From: Candidatus Nomurabacteria bacterium
GTDB taxonomy: Bacteria > Patescibacteriota > Minisyncoccia > Phycocordibacterales > UBA9973
Length of the DNA stretch: 64,000 bases
Assembly: GCA_026396015.1 (NCBI GenBank)
Contig: JAPLXP010000004.1
Span: 1,546-65,545, forward strand
Reading direction: 5' to 3'
A model generated the notes under the pieces. It had not been told where the DNA came from and made no database searches. It saw only the letters and a program-made list of their open reading frames with translations. Below are positions 49,748-58,799 of this stretch, in pieces; the stretch's first letter is position 1; each line of letters starts with the position of its first letter. Both the position numbers and the translations under genes were made by a program.

Positions 49748-49758
49748 ATTTTTTATTT

Positions 49759-51237
49759 TTAGATTAGAGGTTCGGAGGGTTTTTGTTCTACTACATCTAC
49801 ATTACCTTCTGACCCTTCCTCGCCTTTACCTTTTCTCATAATAGCGGCCTTTTCTTGTGCTGATCGTACTATAGTATTTTCCTCCTCTTCAATCAACCTC
49901 TGGGCATCACCCATAGGAATAGCGAATTTATGTCGTGATGAAGCGATAACCTCTGCTCTATATGATGGATGTGTCGGTGGGAGCACGCGAAGAGTCTCGG
50001 CAGAAAATGGGTCATAGCTCTCGCCATCAATAGTCATCTTGATATAGAATTCTCCGACACCTAGATTGATCATGTCTTTGACGTCGAAAATCGGTGCAAA
50101 TTCAGGCTTCAATTTTACAGCATCATCACCTCCTACACGGAAAGAAATAATAGAACCCACGTTACCGAGTACTGCCTGCTGAACCTTTGGCAATAGCTGG
50201 CCTACGTATTGATGCGCCATAGTCAGATTCAGTCCGTACTTGCGAGCCTCGGAAAGAATATTTTCAAATGTATCTGTCACAATATTTTGGAACTCATCGA
50301 CGTACAGATAAAAATCCTTTCTTTCTGAATTGGGAAGTTTTGCACGGGCCATACCAGCCTGCTTGATCTTGGTGATGAACATCGCACCAAAGAATGAAGA
50401 GTTCTCCTCACCTATGCGACCCTTGGAAAGGTTAATCAAAATAATCTTCTGCCCATTCATCAATCTCTCGATATCTATTTTATTTTCTTTTTGTCCAAAA
50501 ATATTGCGGAGCATCGGATCAGACAGGAATTGTCCTAGCTTGTTCACAAGCGGGATGATAGCATCAGTGTCGAATTTTTCGGACCAGTCCGCGAATTCAA
50601 TAGCCCAGAATCTCTTGACCATGTCGTCCTCGATATATTCGACTACTTTTTGACGATAATTTCTGTCTGTCAGCATCGAGATCATCCCACGCATAGTAGC
50701 GTGCGGATAGTCGAGCAGTGCGAGTACTGTAAAGCGAAATACGTGCTCGAGACGTGGAGTCCAGTTCGCACCGAATTGCTTGCGCAATACCTCGATCAAC
50801 CCCTGAGTGAGTTGATGCTTGAAGGTCGGATCCACATTCGATAATGGATTGAATGATGCAGGATATTCTACGTCACCTGGATCTAGAATACACACATCTT
50901 CGATGCGTTCCTTGGGTACGAAATCTAAAATATCATCGATGAACTCTCCGTGCGGATCAATTACACACACACCATAGCCGTAGGCTATATCCTGGCGAAC
51001 CATGAGTTCTTGAATCTTGGACTTACCTACTCCTGATTTACCTATGATATACAGATGGCGGCGGCGATCTACACGCTTGATACCAAAGACGAATTTCTTC
51101 TCTTCCAATGATGCCACATAATTTGTACGGCCGATAAATGACACATCAAGTGGATCATCTTTACCTAGTACTGGTAGATCTGGTGGTGGTGGAGCGTATT
51201 TAACTATTTGAATTTTATTTGGCTTGTTGAAAGACAT
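49759..51237 (-). CDS. TraG/VirD4/HerA-like (DUF87) P-loop ATPase, paralog of 42575-44938
   Basis: HLYIIGKSGVGKS, IDPHG, YVDEFQN and SEARKYGL motifs. Confidence 0.88.
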   Translation of the reverse strand: MSFNKPNKIQIVKYAPPPPDLPVLGKDDPLDVSFIGRTNYVASLEEKKFVFGIKRVDRRRHLYIIGKSGVGKSKIQELMVRQDIAYGYGVCVIDPHGEFIDDILDFVPKERIEDVCILDPGDVEYPASFNPLSNVDPTFKHQLTQGLIEVLRKQFGANWTPRLEHVFRFTVLALLDYPHATMRGMISMLTDRNYRQKVVEYIEDDMVKRFWAIEFADWSEKFDTDAIIPLVNKLGQFLSDPMLRNIFGQKENKIDIERLMNGQKIILINLSKGRIGEENSSFFGAMFITKIKQAGMARAKLPNSERKDFYLYVDEFQNIVTDTFENILSEARKYGLNLTMAHQYVGQLLPKVQQAVLGNVGSIISFRVGGDDAVKLKPEFAPIFDVKDMINLGVGEFYIKMTIDGESYDPFSAETLRVLPPTHPSYRAEVIASSRHKFAIPMGDAQRLIEEEENTIVRSAQEKAAIMRKGKGEEGSEGNVDVVEQKPSEPLI

Positions 51238-51313
51238 ATATAAATATATTGTAGCAAATTAGTAATAAAAAAAGTACCCCTAATAGAGTACTTTTATTTT
51301 GAGTTTGCAAAAA

Positions 51314-51814
51314 TTACATTTTAACTACCGAAGAAAAAGGTAAAACTTTTTGAAGTCTAATCATCTGTGCTTCATTTAAAAAATCTGCATTAATTTCAAA
51401 TATATGGTAATCCCTAGAATCGAGTTCATTGTCGACACCGGAACCAAAATTTGAAATACGGAATTGACCATGATCAATGACAGCTCTTGATTTATGTGAC
51501 CCCGTCTGTTCTTGAAAATCTTCCATAAAATGACCCAGATGAGTATTGTGCTTTACAAGGATGAATCTCAAAAGTGGTGCATCGTCATCTGACAACATAA
51601 CAATAAATTCTTCTTTCAAATCACAATGATGTGAGATAGAGCTGTCTACTGTATGAAAGATTCCAGCATGAATGTTTGCAGGATAGCTCACAATTCTCAA
51701 ACCTATTCGTTTTTCAGAATTTGCGATAATTGCGTCTTTTAATTCCCTGTGTTCAGGGGTCTTGCCTTCTTTTGAAATAAAGGCAGCAGAAAGTTCAGTT
51801 TTCTTTTTTAGCAT
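51314..51814 (-). CDS. Hypothetical protein
   Basis: 166-aa ORF followed by a hairpin; no recognised motif. Confidence 0.6.
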   Translation of the reverse strand: MLKKKTELSAAFISKEGKTPEHRELKDAIIANSEKRIGLRIVSYPANIHAGIFHTVDSSISHHCDLKEEFIVMLSDDDAPLLRFILVKHNTHLGHFMEDFQEQTGSHKSRAVIDHGQFRISNFGSGVDNELDSRDYHIFEINADFLNEAQMIRLQKVLPFSSVVKM

Positions 51815-51915
51815 AATTTTAGATTTATTTATTTTTTACGAAAAAATTTCTATACAGTATACTCCAAACTCACACTATGTCAATCAATAAAAAAATAGTA
51901 TAATACCTGGTATCT

Positions 51916-53292
51916 ATGGCAAAAAAGAAAAGTATATTTGAAGATGTTCTAGAAGCTCCATCCATAGCACTCGAAAAGACTGCAGAAATGGCTGAAAAAA
52001 TAGAGCACTCAATCACAGATCAGAAAATTATTAAAGGTAGCGGAGATTATTTTAAAAAATTAGGGCCAGGCCTAGTATCTGGGGCAGCAGATGATGATCC
52101 ATCTGGTATCGCCACATATTCACAGACAGGTGCGCAATATGGCACGTCACTACTATGGCTCGCAGCTTGGACATTCCCATTGATGGCTGTAATACAAGAG
52201 ATGTGTGCACGTATTGCACTTGTGACGGGTCGTGGTTTAGCTTCTAATATCAAAAGCAATTATTCAAAGAAAATTCTCTACTTTTGTACAGCCCTCCTAT
52301 TCCTAGCAAACACTTTGAACATCGGAGCTGATCTAGGTGCTATGGCAAAGGCTATCCAGCTAATCTTGCCAATGCTGAATTTTACGTCGCTCATAATCAT
52401 CATCGGACTATTTGGATTATTACTCCAAGTATTCATCCCTTATCAAAAATACGCTGGTTATTTAAAATGGCTATCTATAGCACTGCTATCCTACGTAGCT
52501 ACAGGCATCATCATACATATGGATTGGAGTGTGCTACTGCACGATGCATTCATCCCGAATATGCACTTTGGAAAGAGTGAAATACTACTAGTAGTCGGAA
52601 TACTAGGAACTACAATATCCCCTTACCTATTCTTTTGGGAGACTGGTCAGGAGGTAGAAGAACAAATAGCCGAAGGCAAGACTACAGCACTATCACGAAA
52701 AGGTACAAATGATGAGGAGATCAAAAAAATGCGTATCGATATATGGAGTGGGATGTTCCTCTCAAATATTGTGATGTTCTTTATCATCGCAGTATGTGCT
52801 ACTACATTATTTAAAAATGGAATTACCAATATCGGCACAGCAGCAGACGCAGCGCAAGCTCTAGCACCCCTAGCAGGCCAATGGGCATTCCTATTATTTA
52901 CAATCGGAATCATCGGCACTGGAATGCTAGCAATACCGGTACTCGCAGGATCTACATCATATGCGATATCAGAATGTTTTGGATGGAAGGAGGGGTTATA
53001 CAGAAAGCTCAACGAGGCTCGTGCATTCTACGGAGTTATAATTATATCGACAATATTAGGCATAGCAATAAACTTTATAGGAATAGATCCAATCAAGGCG
53101 CTAATCTACTCTGCGATATTCAACGGAATGGTGGCTCCAGTGATACTATTCTTTATCGTCCGCCTCAGTAGTAACCACAAGATAATGGGTAAATACAAAA
53201 ACTCAAAATTATCAAGTGCTGTTGGGTGGTTCATTATGATCATCATGAAGATAGCATCAGTAGCAGCGATGATATCACTCATATTTGGATAA
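51916..53292 (+). CDS. Nramp-family divalent metal transporter
   Basis: GPGL..GAADDDPSGIATYSQ.GA and GTTISPYLFFW motifs. Confidence 0.9.
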   Translation: MAKKKSIFEDVLEAPSIALEKTAEMAEKIEHSITDQKIIKGSGDYFKKLGPGLVSGAADDDPSGIATYSQTGAQYGTSLLWLAAWTFPLMAVIQEMCARIALVTGRGLASNIKSNYSKKILYFCTALLFLANTLNIGADLGAMAKAIQLILPMLNFTSLIIIIGLFGLLLQVFIPYQKYAGYLKWLSIALLSYVATGIIIHMDWSVLLHDAFIPNMHFGKSEILLVVGILGTTISPYLFFWETGQEVEEQIAEGKTTALSRKGTNDEEIKKMRIDIWSGMFLSNIVMFFIIAVCATTLFKNGITNIGTAADAAQALAPLAGQWAFLLFTIGIIGTGMLAIPVLAGSTSYAISECFGWKEGLYRKLNEARAFYGVIIISTILGIAINFIGIDPIKALIYSAIFNGMVAPVILFFIVRLSSNHKIMGKYKNSKLSSAVGWFIMIIMKIASVAAMISLIFG

Positions 53293-53322
53293 AATAAAAA
53301 GAGATGCGTTATGCATCTCTTT

Positions 53323-53715
53323 TTATTTCTTAAAAATTTTATTTGTGAACCAAAATGCGACACTTCCGAGCATACCTGCGAAGATATCTGTCAGCGTATC
53401 ATTCAAATCTCCACCACTGAACCAATGCACAATCCATCGTGGAGCAAATAATGTCGAGCATCGCTCTGCATACTCCCAGAATACTGCGACTAAGCATGTG
53501 GCTGCCACTACTATAATAAATTTTTTGAATGAAGTCATAGATAAATCCTTTAAAGAAAAAAACATATAAAAAAACCACCCCAGAGCCACCCCTCCCATAA
53601 AATGGAAAACTTTATCTATGTGTGGGAATTTTGTATATAAATCAAAAATATCAGAGAAATAAACTCCGACGAGAAAGATAACTATTCCAAGAAAAATTGG
53701 ATACAAGTATTTCAA
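53323..53715 (-). CDS. VanZ/DUF2238-like membrane protein
   Basis: DKVFHFMGG, WEYAE and DTLTD motifs. The TTG start lies right after tRNA-Ala. Confidence 0.7.
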   Translation of the reverse strand: MKYLYPIFLGIVIFLVGVYFSDIFDLYTKFPHIDKVFHFMGGVALGWFFYMFFSLKDLSMTSFKKFIIVVAATCLVAVFWEYAERCSTLFAPRWIVHWFSGGDLNDTLTDIFAGMLGSVAFWFTNKIFKK

Positions 53716-53716
53716 G

Positions 53717-53789
53717 TGGACCGTACAGGACTCGAACCTGCCACCCCGTCATTGCAAATGACGTGCTCTACCAGATGAGCTAACGGCCC
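53717..53789 (-). tRNA. tRNA-Ala(TGC)
   Basis: Reverse complement gggccgt...acggtcc-a with the G3:U70 pair; anticodon loop ttTGCaa. Confidence 0.94.
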
Positions 53790-53970
53790 AAACTAAACAT
53801 TTACTTAAACCAATTGACTTATCTATTGCCATGCATCGCGCTACAGATGAGCTAACGGCCCATGAATATCGAGTAAAAACTCAATAGACTATATATTACC
53901 TTATTTAATAATTTTTGCAACTATTTAGGCAAAAAAATAAGAGCTGCCAAATAATGACAGCTCATAATGA

Positions 53971-54414
53971 TTACTTAAACGAATACAAAGTATTAATAGC
54001 GGTTACCCCATAACTATCGCGCAATACTGAATCCATGGCGCAGAATTCATCCATACTCAATCCGTGAATATCGTACAATTTTTGGAAATCTATACCTGTT
54101 TCAAGAGTATAGACGGTTCCCACACACCAGGTATTCACAGTGGTCATGGCATGCATCTCTGTTGGCAACTGCCCTGACCAGCACACGAATTTCTTACCAT
54201 TCAGTTTAGATTCATGAATATGGAATCCATCAAGTAAATCAGATTTACCATCTATGGAAATTATTTCAAAATCATAATGAGTATGATTTGATTCCATCCA
54301 TTTTGAATAGAATTCAGGCTCAATTTGCCTGTCTTCCTTTTTTAATGATTTATGAATATTGAAACAAAATTCATAATCTTTTTCTTTTGAACTTACATTA
54401 ACTTTTCCGTACAT
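53971..54414 (-). CDS. Hypothetical protein
   Basis: 147-aa ORF; no recognised motif. Confidence 0.6.
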   Translation of the reverse strand: MYGKVNVSSKEKDYEFCFNIHKSLKKEDRQIEPEFYSKWMESNHTHYDFEIISIDGKSDLLDGFHIHESKLNGKKFVCWSGQLPTEMHAMTTVNTWCVGTVYTLETGIDFQKLYDIHGLSMDEFCAMDSVLRDSYGVTAINTLYSFK

Positions 54415-54593
54415 AATTTATTTGGTTTAAAATATTTCATTCACAATATCATATAATATTGACAATGTCAATTAATTATGCTATTATACCTATAGTTCTT
54501 TCTGTACAGAAAGATTGTCTCACGACTCCAGGGTAATCGTTGTCCCCTGTGAAAGTACAAAGAAGTTCTTTAAATTTTAATCAACATCGTACG

Positions 54594-54932
54594 ATGTCAC
54601 AAACAATTCAAATTTTAAATGGCCCCTCAAGAGAAGAGCTATTCGATGGTTTAAGACTTTTTGCCGAAAAAAGAGAAGTTGGTTTCAATCTTGAAAGCAA
54701 TGGTAGAGAAATAACATTACCATTCATTATGCAAAGCATTGAACCAGAAGACGGTAGTGGTAATTCTTGGAATACCAAAATGAATTTACATGTTGATTCA
54801 TTAGGTAAAGATTTTTACCAGATTCCACTAGAAATTAGAAAAGCTTTTTTGGGCACACCAACAAAAAAAGTAATTCAGGTAAAAACCTACTATTCAACCA
54901 AAACTAGAAAGGGTGTAATTACACTCGAGTAA
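54594..54932 (+). CDS. Hypothetical protein
   Basis: ORF from ATG 54594 (MSQTIQILNGPSREELFD...); terminator at 54949-54976. Confidence 0.65.
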   Translation: MSQTIQILNGPSREELFDGLRLFAEKREVGFNLESNGREITLPFIMQSIEPEDGSGNSWNTKMNLHVDSLGKDFYQIPLEIRKAFLGTPTKKVIQVKTYYSTKTRKGVITLE

Positions 54933-54974
54933 AGTTTAATTTATTTTCAAAAACCCATCATTGCGATGGGTTTT

Positions 54975-55979
54975 TTATTTTCTCTCCAATGCCAATCCTA
55001 ATACATGATCTATGAATTCGGCCATATTAGACCCGATAGCATAGAGTGCACGAGGGGTTAGGGATTGATCTGTCAGACCTGGGAGAGTGTTCACTTCGAG
55101 GGCATATATCCCCCGTTCTCGTGTGACAATAAAATCACTACGTGAATAGTGTGCGAGGCCGAGCTCTTTGTGTATCAATTTTGCAAGGCGAGACAATTCA
55201 GCTTTTTCATCATGAGTAAAATTTCCAGGGCAGACCTCTTCAGACTGACCAGAATATTTTGCTTCATAGTCAAAAAAAGATTTCTTCTTTGGGATACGAA
55301 TCTCGACTGGTGGCAGACTATAGTGATCCTCTCCACGGAACCCCTCTATCACACCGACACTAGCCTCCTTACCATTTATCAATTCCTCGACAAGTAATCC
55401 CATCTTTGAATGAGCATGTTCGTGGAAGACACGTATTAGATCGTCCATGGTATGACATACATGTATGCCGATAGATGACCCAGCAGATACTGGCTTTGTG
55501 ACCCAAGATGGAGGCATATTGCGTAGTACATGCAGTGCGCATCTCTGTGCGTAAATATTTACCTCACCATCGATATCAGGCATATATACCGGAAATAACA
55601 TATGCTTTGGGGTACGAATACCAAATTGTGAAAATCGCTGCTTTGTCAGAGCTTTGTTGTAACCTACAGCAGAAGCAAAAGCACCTGATCCAGTGTATCG
55701 TACTCCAAGTTCTCCAAATAGCTGCTGTATCTTGCCATCTTCTCCGTAGTCGCCATGCAAAGCATTCCAGACTACATCGACCTTATGAATGAGCTGATGT
55801 GGATCCAGAGGCATGCCATTGATATGCCATGCACCCTCGCGATCAATCAATATATCGAGAGCTTTATATTTATCGTTTAGTTTATGTCCACGGAGATGAG
55901 ACAGGACAGAGCCACCAGTATCGAGAGATACCTTGTATTCGGGACTTATTCCACCTCGTACTACTCCGACTATTATCAT
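54975..55979 (-). CDS. ddl: D-alanine--D-alanine ligase
   Basis: GG.S.E..VSL.TG, LHGDYGEDG, GSSIG, FDYEAKY, RSDF and LEVNTLPG motifs. Confidence 0.94.
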   Translation of the reverse strand: MIIVGVVRGGISPEYKVSLDTGGSVLSHLRGHKLNDKYKALDILIDREGAWHINGMPLDPHQLIHKVDVVWNALHGDYGEDGKIQQLFGELGVRYTGSGAFASAVGYNKALTKQRFSQFGIRTPKHMLFPVYMPDIDGEVNIYAQRCALHVLRNMPPSWVTKPVSAGSSIGIHVCHTMDDLIRVFHEHAHSKMGLLVEELINGKEASVGVIEGFRGEDHYSLPPVEIRIPKKKSFFDYEAKYSGQSEEVCPGNFTHDEKAELSRLAKLIHKELGLAHYSRSDFIVTRERGIYALEVNTLPGLTDQSLTPRALYAIGSNMAEFIDHVLGLALERK

Positions 55980-56020
55980 GTATTTATTATAGCAAACAAA
56001 TAGTGAATAATAAAAAAATA

Positions 56021-56157
56021 GCAGAATAGTTCTTGAAAAAAGTCTTGCACAGGAGCTTAGAAAATAAATGAGTTTACGAATATTATTTTATTGAGCGACG
56101 AGCAGAGAAATTTTATACCAATAAAATATTCGTGCTTTTTAAGAGAAGCTATTCTGT
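56021..56157 (+). mobile_element. Palindromic element family A, copy 3 (intergenic, long form with terminal inverted repeats)
   Basis: cagaatagttcttgaaaaaag ... ctttttaagagaagctattctg ends, and the core cttgcacagg...gacgagcagagaaatttt...aaaatattcgtgct. Confidence 0.72.
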
Positions 56158-57341
56158 TATTTTTTCCTCCACAAATCCCAAACATTCTTTGCGATATTGA
56201 TATGCTCGCCTTCGAGTGAGAAATAATGAAGATCTATAAATGGCATAGAATTGCATTCTATGATTCCCCATCTCTGTTCATCTGGGTCCTTTGTAGGGTC
56301 ATCTATAATCAAATCAAATCCAGCTACAGGAATATCTACGAGCTTGCCTGCACGTTCAAAATAGCTGTGCATCTTTGGATGAACCTCGGGTAGCATCTCC
56401 CGTGTATACCCACCATAGAATCTACCAGTCTTGGCAGACAGGTTCACGACTCTATCCTTCTCTATGACACTATCTAGATTTAAATTTTGTCTTTCGAGGA
56501 ATGCTAATACATCATCATTGACCTTGATGTCAGACAATAATTCATGACGACTCTTATTCTTTATATCTATTAGTTCTTGTACAGTATGAGTACCATCACC
56601 AGTGACAGATGGAGGATCCGCTCGGAAGAATCCTACGAGCTTGCCATCTACTACAGTGGCACGATATACAGATCCAAATAAATGCTCCTCTACTACGACG
56701 ACAGGTGCTATAACATGAGCCAAGCTTAAAGCATCACGTAATTCTTTTTCAGTATTTATATTTGTAGTAGTATGACGTCCGCGTGATCCAGAGCGTGGCT
56801 TGATAATCACAGGCTTACTCAAGCTATTAAAAGCTCGCAACGCAGATCCGTATGTCATCGCTTCTTTTGTCTTTGGGGCTGGGATACCCTCTGCTATTAA
56901 TTTTTCTGACAATATAAATTTATTATCAACCCATAGATACCCGCTCCTAGGTAGGTGTAACGGAACAGGAAGACTTTCAAAATTAAAATATTTTCCATCA
57001 ATAAGGGCACGATAAGATTCAATAGGTTTACCAAAAACTAAAACTTGTTCCATCTTTATTCCTCGCTCTTCTGCTTCGTCCCAGATAAGTCGTGATCTGC
57101 CAGTGATGGCTTTTTCTTTATCTGAGCTATAACTAATTATTTTTAAAATTCGAGCGAGAGATGAAATAATTCTTTCTGAATATTTAAATAGTGGGTGAGA
57201 TTCATTTACAGCAAAAACTTTCAAAGAGTATCGACCGAGTCGACCAATAGTCTCTTCTAGTATTCCAGTAGTGAGGAGCAATCTATGACTTACATCACTA
57301 GTACCGCAAGCACTGCATTTTATTTTTCCGGTGTATTTCAT
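56157..57341 (-). CDS. ATP-grasp ligase resembling the N-terminal half of cyanophycin synthetase / GshF C-domain
   Basis: PVIIKP..GSRG, VVEE, YR, V.GDG..TV.ELI, AGFDLI and IIECNSMP motifs. Confidence 0.75.
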   Translation of the reverse strand: MKYTGKIKCSACGTSDVSHRLLLTTGILEETIGRLGRYSLKVFAVNESHPLFKYSERIISSLARILKIISYSSDKEKAITGRSRLIWDEAEERGIKMEQVLVFGKPIESYRALIDGKYFNFESLPVPLHLPRSGYLWVDNKFILSEKLIAEGIPAPKTKEAMTYGSALRAFNSLSKPVIIKPRSGSRGRHTTTNINTEKELRDALSLAHVIAPVVVVEEHLFGSVYRATVVDGKLVGFFRADPPSVTGDGTHTVQELIDIKNKSRHELLSDIKVNDDVLAFLERQNLNLDSVIEKDRVVNLSAKTGRFYGGYTREMLPEVHPKMHSYFERAGKLVDIPVAGFDLIIDDPTKDPDEQRWGIIECNSMPFIDLHYFSLEGEHINIAKNVWDLWRKK

Positions 57342-57496
57342 ATATAAACAAAAAAATCCAAAAAACAGAGATAGAAAGCTGTTTTTTGGATTTTTTCTTT
57401 TTAGTGTCCTCCGAGTATCATAATATAACTTGTAAATTAAGTACTAATGAATCGACTACGTATATTATAACATAGCGTTTTTAAATACCACAAGCC

Positions 57497-58759
57497 CTAT
57501 AGAAAAGCCTTATTCCTCTTGCTCCTATGGAACGTGATAGCAAATCTATGAGACTCAACGTTTGCCAATATTATAACCTTTTTAAATTTTACAATAATAT
57601 TTTCATCACCCAATAATGCTTTTGCTTTATGACGATCATCCTTGATCACTCCTACTACTGGGATTTCAAATTGATAACGAGAGAGCACTCTCTTTGCGGT
57701 ATTCACCTGAGCTACTCCACCATCCACTACTACCAGATCGGGCATCCCCCACTCTGTATGACGAAAACGACGAGATAAAACTTCTTCGAGTGCTCCAGTA
57801 TCATTCGCATCTTTTTGAGTCTCGATAATAAATTTCCTGTATTCACTATTCTCACTCTGACCATTCATTACCACAGTCATCACACCCACCATATTTTTCC
57901 CTGACATATGCGCTATGTCATAGGCCTCAATGCGATACGCAGACGGGAAGTGATTTTGAAAATGGTCTGGCCGAGCACCCTTCTTTTTTCCCTCGCGAGG
58001 AGATCCGAGGACCTTTTCAAAGGCACTTACTGTCGGAGATACTAAATCATCCTTGATGAGCGCAACATCATTGATATGCTCGAGAGCGAAAATCTTTTTC
58101 TTTATTTCTCCTGCGCGTTCAAATTCTTTTTTCTTTGCATAGGCCATCATGTCTTTTCGCAATCCTACGATGACCTGCTTTTTCTTTCCTTGGAAAAATA
58201 ATATTAAATTCCTAATATTTTTTTCTTGGTCTTTTTCTGGAATCAATGATAGCTGTTTGTAGAATTGGAAATTCTGCTTCTTATCTGAGTGATTGTCAAA
58301 ATAAGGGAAAATTTTTCGGACGATTCTCATCGCCTCACGAAGCTGTAATCCATTTGGGAATGGACCAAAAACCTTTTTATAATTTTTCTTGTCCAATTTT
58401 CTACCACGAACAACTAGTACCTTGGACACTTTGTCTTTTGTGAAAACAACATAATTGAAGCTCTTATTGTCTTTTTCTTTTGTATTGTATCTAGGCTGAT
58501 GTTTCTTTATCAATTCAGCTTCTAGTATCAATGCCTCCAATACACTATCAGTTCCTTGATATTCAATACGATCAGCAGATACGACCATGTCCACTAGTAG
58601 CGGTCCACGAGTAGCAATGAGGTCGCGACCAAAATAGCTCTTTACCCTATCACGTAGAGACGTAGCTTTGCCGATATACAGGATATCCTTTCCTTTGTAG
58701 AAGAAATAAACACCAGGATTGTCTGGTAGATTAAACTTTTTAAGTTCTTGACTTTTCAT
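57497..58759 (-). CDS. uvrC: Reduced UvrC (GIY-YIG + UVR + RNase H-like, no HhH) with an in-frame insertion
   Basis: LPDNPGVY, LYIGKA.SLR.RV.SY, EALILEA.LIK, RIEAYDIAH, PDLVVVDGG and ESHRFAITFHR motifs. Confidence 0.88.
   Translation of the reverse strand: MKSQELKKFNLPDNPGVYFFYKGKDILYIGKATSLRDRVKSYFGRDLIATRGPLLVDMVVSADRIEYQGTDSVLEALILEAELIKKHQPRYNTKEKDNKSFNYVVFTKDKVSKVLVVRGRKLDKKNYKKVFGPFPNGLQLREAMRIVRKIFPYFDNHSDKKQNFQFYKQLSLIPEKDQEKNIRNLILFFQGKKKQVIVGLRKDMMAYAKKKEFERAGEIKKKIFALEHINDVALIKDDLVSPTVSAFEKVLGSPREGKKKGARPDHFQNHFPSAYRIEAYDIAHMSGKNMVGVMTVVMNGQSENSEYRKFIIETQKDANDTGALEEVLSRRFRHTEWGMPDLVVVDGGVAQVNTAKRVLSRYQFEIPVVGVIKDDRHKAKALLGDENIIVKFKKVIILANVESHRFAITFHRSKRNKAFL
57942..58034. mobile_element. 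93-bp inverted-repeat element in frame inside uvrC
   Basis: gacgggaagtgattttgaaaatggtc ... gaccttttcaaaggcacttactgtc imperfect terminal inverted repeats. Confidence 0.7.
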
Positions 58760-58799
58760 AGATTTACTATATTATAAAATTAAAATAAATCAAAATAAT

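Noticed and set aside
46205-49751. CRISPR array from the palindromic repeats
   Set aside because: The three copies are about 1.7 kb apart and separated by whole genes; there are no 30-40 bp spacers and no cas genes.
42575-51237. Conjugative element or ICE
   Set aside because: No relaxase, integrase or mating-pair genes; such ATPases are commonly chromosomal in CPR genomes.
57349-57396. Attenuator upstream of the ATP-grasp ligase
   Set aside because: A strong hairpin is present, but only a 6-codon ORF and no convincing antiterminator; more simply the uvrC terminator.
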